Below, piece after piece: positions 58,400 to 64,000 of a stretch of DNA of 64,000 nucleotides. The stretch lies in contig CAWCPZ010000003.1 in the NCBI GenBank assembly GCA_963797635.1, positions 67,339 through 131,338 of the forward strand, in the 5' to 3' direction. The notes beneath the pieces were generated by a model. That model searched no databases, was not told the DNA's origin, and saw only the letters and a list, made by a program, of their open reading frames with translations. Numbering within the stretch: position 1 is the stretch's first letter; every line of letters starts with the position of its first letter. A program made the translations under genes and the position numbers. This DNA is from an uncultured Actinomycetes bacterium. Its GTDB lineage: Bacteria; Actinomycetota; UBA4738; HRBIN12.

Positions 58400-59068
58400 A
58401 TGACCACCCTGTTCCTGATCCGCCACGGGCTCACCGCGCAGACCGGCGCGAACCTGTACGGCCGCACCCGTGGGATCCCGCTCGACGAACGCGGCCGGCG
58501 CCAGGCGATCCACCTCGCCGAACGGTTCCGCACGGTCAAGCTCACCGCGATCTACTCGAGCCCGCTGGAACGCTGCGTGCAAACCGTCGAACCGTTGGCG
58601 GTGGCCCAGCGCCTGCCGATCCAGGAGCGCGACGGCCTGATGGAGATGGACGTCGGCGCGTGGACGGGGCGCACGCTGAAGAGCCTGCGCCGCACGAAAC
58701 GGTGGGGCGAGATCCAGGGATCGCCCTCGACCTTCCGCTTCCCCGAGGGCGAGGGGTTCGCCGAAGCGCTCGAGCGGATCGAGGGCGAGATCCGGTCGAT
58801 CGCCAAGCGGCACCCGCGAGGTCGCGTGGCGGTGGCCACCCACGGCGACATCGTTCGGATGCTCGTCGCGCACTTCACGGGCGCCCCGCTGGATGCCTTC
58901 CAGCGCACGGTCATCGACACCGCGGGCGTCTCCGTGGTCAGCCTGCACAAGGGCTCGCCGCACGTGCATCTGGTGAACGACACCGGCGGCCTGGATCGGT
59001 TCGGGCCGGCCGGTACGCCACCGCCCTGGGAGGTCGTCGCCGACCCCAACGAGCCACCGGGAACCTGA
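58400..59068 (+). CDS. Histidine phosphatase family protein (GpmB/PGAM-like)
   Basis: LIRHGLT (RHG motif) plus a catalytic His later (VATHGDIV). Confidence 0.8.
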   Translation: MTTLFLIRHGLTAQTGANLYGRTRGIPLDERGRRQAIHLAERFRTVKLTAIYSSPLERCVQTVEPLAVAQRLPIQERDGLMEMDVGAWTGRTLKSLRRTKRWGEIQGSPSTFRFPEGEGFAEALERIEGEIRSIAKRHPRGRVAVATHGDIVRMLVAHFTGAPLDAFQRTVIDTAGVSVVSLHKGSPHVHLVNDTGGLDRFGPAGTPPPWEVVADPNEPPGT

Positions 59069-59081
59069 CAGACTCATCGCC

Positions 59082-59603
59082 ATGGAACTGGGTCCGGTCG
59101 ACCGAATCACCGCCGACGCGATCGGCGAACCCGGTGATCGCGCGTTCTATCTCCAGGCCCGCGCCGGCGGCGAACTGGTCACCGTCGCCGTCGAGAAGGA
59201 ACAGGTGCAGTTGCTGTCCGCCTCCATCCTCGAGCTGCTCGCCGACCTGGAACTCGAGACCGGCCAAGGGCCCGGTGAGGAGGCGATGGCGCTGGAGGAG
59301 CCGTTCGAACCGCGGTGGCGCGCGGGCAAACTCTCGATCGGGTTCGACCAGGAGCAGAACCTGTTCCAGTTGGAGATCGAGGAGTTCCAGCCCGATGTGG
59401 AGGACGACGACCCGCGGTCGCTCCTGCTCGATGACCCCGAGACCGTGCGATTGTTCGCCACCCGCGAGCAGATGTTCGCGCTGTCCCGCCACGGCGCCGA
59501 GGTCGCACAACGCGGCCGTCCCACGTGCCAGTACTGCGGCAACCCCATGGACCCCGAAGGGCACGCATGTCCCGCGATGAACGGGCACTCGAAGCGGGAC
59601 TGA
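59082..59603 (+). CDS. DUF3090 family protein
   Basis: Conserved actinobacterial DUF3090 pattern ending in a CQYCGNPMDPEGHACP zinc-ribbon-like motif. Lies in the histidine phosphatase / DUF3090 / SCO1664 triad. Confidence 0.6.
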   Translation: MELGPVDRITADAIGEPGDRAFYLQARAGGELVTVAVEKEQVQLLSASILELLADLELETGQGPGEEAMALEEPFEPRWRAGKLSIGFDQEQNLFQLEIEEFQPDVEDDDPRSLLLDDPETVRLFATREQMFALSRHGAEVAQRGRPTCQYCGNPMDPEGHACPAMNGHSKRD

Positions 59604-60317
59604 GCGACCCGGCGGTGCCTCCCGCGCTCGCGCGGGGCGAGCTCGAGATCCTGGGTCTGCTCCCCCGCTCGTCCAACTACACGTTCCTGGTGCGCGCCAC
59701 CGGCGAGGACGGCGACCAGGCGCTCGGCGTCTACAAACCCCAACGGGGCGAGATGCCCCTGTGGGACTTCCCGGAGGGGACGCTGTGCCGCCGCGAGGTG
59801 GCGGCCTACGTGGTGGCTCGATGCGCTGGGGTGGCCGAACGTGCCGCCCACGATCCTGCGCGACGGACCCGAAGGCCTGGGCTCCGTGCAGACGTTCGTC
59901 ACCTTCGATCCCGAGGAGCACTACTTCACGTTGCAGGAACGGTTCGTCGAGGACTTCCGTGCGGTGGCCGCATTCGATCTCGTGGTCAACAACGCCGACC
60001 GCAAAGGGGGGCACTGCCTGCTCGGAGAGGACGGCCGGATCTGGCTCATCGACCACGGCGTCTGCTTCAGCGCAGAGCCGAAGCTGCGGACGGTGATCTG
60101 GGAGTACATGGACGAGCCGATCCCACCCTCGCTGCTGGCCGGCATCGAGCGACTCGGCATCGCGCTCGACGAGGGCGGGCCCGAACGCGACGAGCTCGGC
60201 GCCCTGTTGAACGAGGAGGAGCTGCTCGCGTTGCGACGCCGGATCGCCGAGATCGCGGGCTCCCCCGTGTTCCCCGGCCCGGGTGGCGATCGTCCCTTCC
60301 CCTGGCCACCGGTGTGA
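59567..60317 (+). CDS. SCO1664-family protein (PI3/4-kinase-like fold); one indel near 59815-59835
   Basis: N-terminal part in ORF 59525.. (LEILGLLPRSSNYTFLVRATGEDGDQALGVYKPQRGE..EVAAYVVAR). Remainder in ORF 59841..60317 (PPTILRDGPEGLGSVQTFV...DHGVCFS...). The junction gtggtggctcgatgcgctggggtggccg requires a 1-nt change. Confidence 0.65.
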
Positions 60318-60826
60318 GCGAGCTCGAACTCCTGGTCGGCGAGGTCGCCACCCCGCTGGGGGCCCTCACGCTGGTGGCCTCACCCCGAGGGGTCGTGGCG
60401 ACGGCGTTCGACGACGAGGACCCCGACGCGACGGTCGCGGGGATCGAGGCCAAGCTCGACGCGCGTGCCCGTTCGGCGCAGCGGCGCCTGTCGACCGTGC
60501 GGCGGGAGGTGGAGGACTACTTCGAGGGCCGGATCCGGACGTTCGCCACCGCTCCCGACCTGGCGCTCGCCCCTCAGGGCTTCGGCCGGCGCGTGCTCGA
60601 GGTCACCACGACGATCCCCTACGGCGAACTGTGGACCTACGGCGACGTCGCCGAGATGGCCGGGAGTCCTCGTGGCGGTCGCGCCGCCGGCACGGCCCTG
60701 AGTCGGTGCCCCATGGAGCTGTTCGTGCCGTGCCACCGAGTGGTCCACGCCGGCGGCACGCTGGGCGGCTACGGGCGCTTCACCGAACGCAAGCGATGGT
60801 TGCTCCGCCACGAGGGGGCCGTATGA
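60314..60826 (+). CDS. Methylated-DNA-[protein]-cysteine S-methyltransferase (Ogt/MGMT) family protein
   Basis: C-terminal DNA-binding domain with active site PCHRVV (IPYGELWTYGDVAEMAG ... VPCHRVVHAGGTLGGY). GTG 60314 overlaps the upstream stop (GTGA). Confidence 0.75.
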   Translation: MSELELLVGEVATPLGALTLVASPRGVVATAFDDEDPDATVAGIEAKLDARARSAQRRLSTVRREVEDYFEGRIRTFATAPDLALAPQGFGRRVLEVTTTIPYGELWTYGDVAEMAGSPRGGRAAGTALSRCPMELFVPCHRVVHAGGTLGGYGRFTERKRWLLRHEGAV

Positions 60827-60876
60827 GCGCTCCGGCGAGCCGGTCGTTCGTCCCATCGTGCGAGAGGATGAGGGCG

Positions 60877-61863
60877 ATGGCACGCATCCGACCCACCGCC
60901 GCGCTCGTCGTGTCGCTCGTCCTGATGGCTGCCGCCTGCACCGGCGGTGGGTCCGACGCGCCCACGACCGGTGCGCCGACCACGAGCGCGGCCTCCAACC
61001 TCGCCGCGGAGATCGTCCCCGACGACTTCTCCGTCAACCGCCCGGAGCGCGTGCAGGTGGGGATCTTCTCGAGCACGCAGGACACCGGGGTCCAGGTGGT
61101 CACGTTCGGCGACATCTCCGTGGACTTCGCCTACCGGGGACCCGACGGATCCGCCGCGCCCCAGCCGGGGCCGTCCACCACCTTCTCCTACCTCCCGGCG
61201 CCGACGACCGCCGCCGACGGCCAAGGCCCCGCGCTGACGAACCCGAGCGATGCCCGCGGCGTGTATCAGGGCGAGGACATCCGATTCGACCAGGCGGGCG
61301 TGTGGACGGCCACGATCGACGCGGACATCGACACCGTTGGCCCGGTGACGCTGGAGTCGAACTTCGCCGTGCAGGAGCAGCCCGCGTTGCCTGCCCCGGG
61401 GCAGAAGGCCCTGAAGACCGAGAACCTCACCGTGGACTCCAAAGGGGTGAAGCCGGTCTCGATCGACTCGCGAGCCCAGGGCGGCGAGCCGATCCCCGAT
61501 CCCGAACTCCACGAGTGGACGATCGCGGACGCGATCGCCCAGGGGCGCCCGGTGCTCGTCCTGTTCGCCACGCCGGTGTACTGCATGAGTCAGTTCTGTG
61601 GGCCGACGGTCGAGGCGTTGGAACAACTGGCCGCCGACTACCCCGACAAGGCCGTGTTCATCCACGTCGAGATCTGGCGCGACTACGACAAGAGCGTGAT
61701 CAACCAGGGCGCGGCGGATTGGCTGTATCGCAACGGCAACCTCACCGAACCCTGGCTCTACCTGATCGATGACAAGGGCGTGATCGCCGACCGGTGGGGA
61801 CCGCTGTTCGACACCGACGAGGTGGGACAGGTCCTGTCGCAACTGCCCGACATGAAGGGCTGA
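60877..61863 (+). CDS. Lipoprotein with C-terminal thioredoxin-like/TlpA-like domain
   Basis: Signal peptide plus lipobox (LVLMAAACTGG). C-terminal LVLFATPVYCMSQFCGPT motif with paired cysteines, in a thioredoxin-fold-like context. Confidence 0.5.
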   Translation: MARIRPTAALVVSLVLMAAACTGGGSDAPTTGAPTTSAASNLAAEIVPDDFSVNRPERVQVGIFSSTQDTGVQVVTFGDISVDFAYRGPDGSAAPQPGPSTTFSYLPAPTTAADGQGPALTNPSDARGVYQGEDIRFDQAGVWTATIDADIDTVGPVTLESNFAVQEQPALPAPGQKALKTENLTVDSKGVKPVSIDSRAQGGEPIPDPELHEWTIADAIAQGRPVLVLFATPVYCMSQFCGPTVEALEQLAADYPDKAVFIHVEIWRDYDKSVINQGAADWLYRNGNLTEPWLYLIDDKGVIADRWGPLFDTDEVGQVLSQLPDMKG

Positions 61864-61866
61864 GCC

Positions 61867-62799
61867 GTGGACCCGCAAGCCGTTCCGCCGCCGCCACCGC
61901 CCACCGACGATCGGTGCTACCGCCACCCCGACCGCGTCACGGGCGTGCACTGCACACGCTGCGGCCGCCCGATCTGCACGGAGTGCATGGTGCCTGCCCC
62001 CGTGGGCCACCAATGCCCCACCTGCGTCGGCGAGGCCCGCAGGGAGTTCGCGGCCGGTCCGGGGCGTCGGATCGCCATCGCGAACGCGAAGCGGGTCTCG
62101 GTCACGAACGTGCTGGTGGCGATCATCGTCGCGGTCTTCGTGATCGAGGTGTTCCAGAGCGGCGTCGGCGGCTTGATCGACGGTCCCAACGCCCGCACGC
62201 TCATCGACCTCGGCGCGGAGAACCCCGTGCTCGTCGCCTCCGGCGAGACCTGGCGGATGTTCACCGCGATGTTCCTGCACATCGGGTTGATCCACCTCGC
62301 GGTCAACGCCTACTCGCTGTACATCCTCGGCAACGTGCTGGAACGCGAGGTGGGCCGGGTGCGGTTCCTGGCCCTCTACCTCCTGTCCGGCCTGTTCGCC
62401 AGCGCGGCTTCCTACTACTTCAGCCCGCTGAACTCGGTGAGCGCCGGCGCCTCGGGCGCGATCTTCGGCATCTTCGGGGCGGTGTTCGCGATCAACTACC
62501 GCCGACGCCACACCGCGCAGGGCGCGATGGCGATGCGCGCGATGGCGCAGATCATCGTGCTCAACGTGGTCATCAACGTGGTGCTCGCCAGCTACCTCGA
62601 TTGGCGAGCTCACGTCGGCGGCGCGATCGCCGGGATGGTCATGGGGTTCGCCTTCGCCGCGCCGGGCCGGGAGTCGAGGCAGCGCTGGATCTCGATCGCG
62701 GGATGCGTCGCGGTCGCCCTGGTCATCGTCGCGACCGTGGTGGTGCGCACCGATCAGATCCGCACCGCGATGGGCGTGGTCCTGGACACCGTGTCCTGA
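61867..62799 (+). CDS. Rhomboid-family intramembrane serine protease with N-terminal zinc-ribbon
   Basis: CYRHPDRVTGVHCTRCGRPICTECMV...CPTC zinc ribbon. Rhomboid core GASGAIFG (Ser) and catalytic His in a later TM helix. Confidence 0.85.
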   Translation: MDPQAVPPPPPPTDDRCYRHPDRVTGVHCTRCGRPICTECMVPAPVGHQCPTCVGEARREFAAGPGRRIAIANAKRVSVTNVLVAIIVAVFVIEVFQSGVGGLIDGPNARTLIDLGAENPVLVASGETWRMFTAMFLHIGLIHLAVNAYSLYILGNVLEREVGRVRFLALYLLSGLFASAASYYFSPLNSVSAGASGAIFGIFGAVFAINYRRRHTAQGAMAMRAMAQIIVLNVVINVVLASYLDWRAHVGGAIAGMVMGFAFAAPGRESRQRWISIAGCVAVALVIVATVVVRTDQIRTAMGVVLDTVS

Positions 62800-62805
62800 G
62801 CCGCG

Positions 62806-64000
62806 CTACGCGGGATCGGCGATGCCGAACAGGTAGCCCTCCCGGGTGCCCAGGTAGAGCCATCCGTGCCACACCGCCGGCGTGGACTCGATGCAGCCCT
62901 CGAGGTCCATCGTCCACAGCAGCGGGGGCTCGACACCGGGGTCGGCCATGTCCCACGCGTAGAGATCGCCGAGGCAATCCCCCAGGATCAACACGCCGTC
63001 CACGACCACCGGCGAGGCGATCGACGGGGCGCCCACCGAGAGCTCGTGCGTGATCTCGCCCGACATGCGATCAACCAGGAGCACCCGTCCGGCCGCGGTC
63101 GAGAACACGACGGTCGGACCGTAGAGGGCCGGCGTCGACCAACTCCCACCCGCCCCCTCGAAGCCGATCTCGCGCGCGTCGATGCTCCAGACCAGCGGAT
63201 CGTCCGGCTGCTTCGGATCGAGCTTCATGAGCTGACCGATCTCCTGGGAGCGCTCGTTGAACCGCTGGTACTCGGCCGCCACGTAGAGGAACCCCTTCGA
63301 GTCCAGCACGATCGAGGCATCCACGTCGTCGCCCACCCAGAACCGGAACACCTGGCTGTAGGAGGTGCCGCCCGCGAGCAGGTCGGAGATGTCCCAGCCC
63401 TGCACCAGCCCGCCCGAGTTCGCGAAGTACACGACCCCCTTGCGGAAGGCGACCGAGTTCTCGATCGAGACCTCCCGGTCGCCCAGGTTGCCGAGCAGCT
63501 CGTCGTCGAACCCCGCGATCGTGGCGACGATCTCCGGGTCGACCGTCACCAGCCCCTGTTCGTCGTAGCCGCGGTTCAGGTGGACCACATACAGCCATCC
63601 GTTCTCGCCGCCTTCGAGCAGGTAGTCGCCGACGATGAGCGCGGCGCCGTCCCAGTCGTTGTTGCGGAGCGGCAGCGGCACGGTGGTGTCGGCGTCGATG
63701 TCCCACAGCAACGTCGGCTCGGGGCGGTCCATCGCGATCACCCGGAAGTGACCGTCCCGCGACCCCGCGTAGTACAGCGGGAACCCGTCCGGGTCGGAGC
63801 TGGCCGAGCCCTTCGCCAGGTCGCGGGTCACGTACGGCGTCCCGATCGGGTCTCCGGTCAGGCCGTCCACGAAGTGGTAGTTCGCGTCGTAGGCGCCCTC
63901 GCGAACCTCGATCGCGCCGTCCGGCTGCTGGATCACGTTCGGCTGACCCGTCCAGCCGGTGCCGCACCATTCGCTCTGATCCACGCCGACGATCGAGTCC
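62806..64000 (-). CDS. PQQ-like beta-propeller repeat protein (BamB/YxaL-like); 5' end beyond the window
   Basis: Repeated Y/W-x-G...D propeller blades (GWLYVV, GFLYVAA, DLYAWD, GWLYLGT). The ORF is still open at the window edge. Confidence 0.6.
   Translation of the reverse strand, partial: DSIVGVDQSEWCGTGWTGQPNVIQQPDGAIEVREGAYDANYHFVDGLTGDPIGTPYVTRDLAKGSASSDPDGFPLYYAGSRDGHFRVIAMDRPEPTLLWDIDADTTVPLPLRNNDWDGAALIVGDYLLEGGENGWLYVVHLNRGYDEQGLVTVDPEIVATIAGFDDELLGNLGDREVSIENSVAFRKGVVYFANSGGLVQGWDISDLLAGGTSYSQVFRFWVGDDVDASIVLDSKGFLYVAAEYQRFNERSQEIGQLMKLDPKQPDDPLVWSIDAREIGFEGAGGSWSTPALYGPTVVFSTAAGRVLLVDRMSGEITHELSVGAPSIASPVVVDGVLILGDCLGDLYAWDMADPGVEPPLLWTMDLEGCIESTPAVWHGWLYLGTREGYLFGIADPA

Noticed and set aside
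1-64000. rRNA, tRNA, CRISPR arrays, transposases/integrases, prophage or plasmid genes
   Set aside because: None found. Intergenic regions are short (mostly under 250 nt) and show no tRNA-like cloverleaf candidates, no regularly spaced repeat-spacer arrays and no IS-type terminal inverted repeats. The only tandem repeat is the 39-bp x3 array at 15763-15878.

Overview
This is a high-GC (~70%) actinobacterial-type chromosomal segment that is densely coding on both strands. Gene neighbourhoods are Mycobacterium/Streptomyces-like: a senX3-like kinase next to a gpm-like histidine phosphatase, ppk1 next to a mutT1-like Nudix-histidine phosphatase fusion, and a histidine phosphatase-DUF3090-SCO1664 triad. 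There are about 60 genes and no rRNA, tRNA, CRISPR or mobile elements that I could see.

Modules present:
- two tandem cupredoxin lipoproteins, an FrhB-like Fe-S/flavin subunit, a GAF-PASx6 histidine kinase, ferredoxin FdxA and an LLM oxidoreductase (possible F420 link);
- a GABA/polyamine catabolic set: two aldehyde dehydrogenases, a PucR/GabR-like regulator and gabT, plus an MFS transporter;
- a trehalose cluster (otsA, otsB, a GH15 trehalase-like gene);
- a cyanophycin operon cphB-cphA, plus an unlinked CphA paralog that keeps the N and Mur-ligase (M) domains but cleanly lacks the ATP-grasp (G) domain. This is the most unusual item;
- an MMPL transporter with a long coiled-coil insertion;
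- a split MgtE-like transporter with a separate PhoU/TrkA-C regulator;
- ispH, corA, ppk1-CYTH/CHAD-mutT1, and a phosphate locus (regX3-like regulator, phoU, pstBACS, senX3-like kinase) with PHO-box-like direct repeats.

Many otherwise well-conserved genes are broken by single-nucleotide indels, concentrated in two patches (24.6-25.3 kb and 50.9-57 kb) and singly elsewhere. This looks more like local sequence-quality problems than real pseudogenisation, but I cannot decide that from the sequence alone.

Other observations include a 39-bp tandem repeat x3 between the two ALDH genes, a candidate ydaO-type riboswitch upstream of a secreted cell-wall hydrolase-like gene, and pervasive GTGA/ATGA start-stop overlaps. 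The many long ORFs antisense to real genes are GC-driven shadows and were not called.
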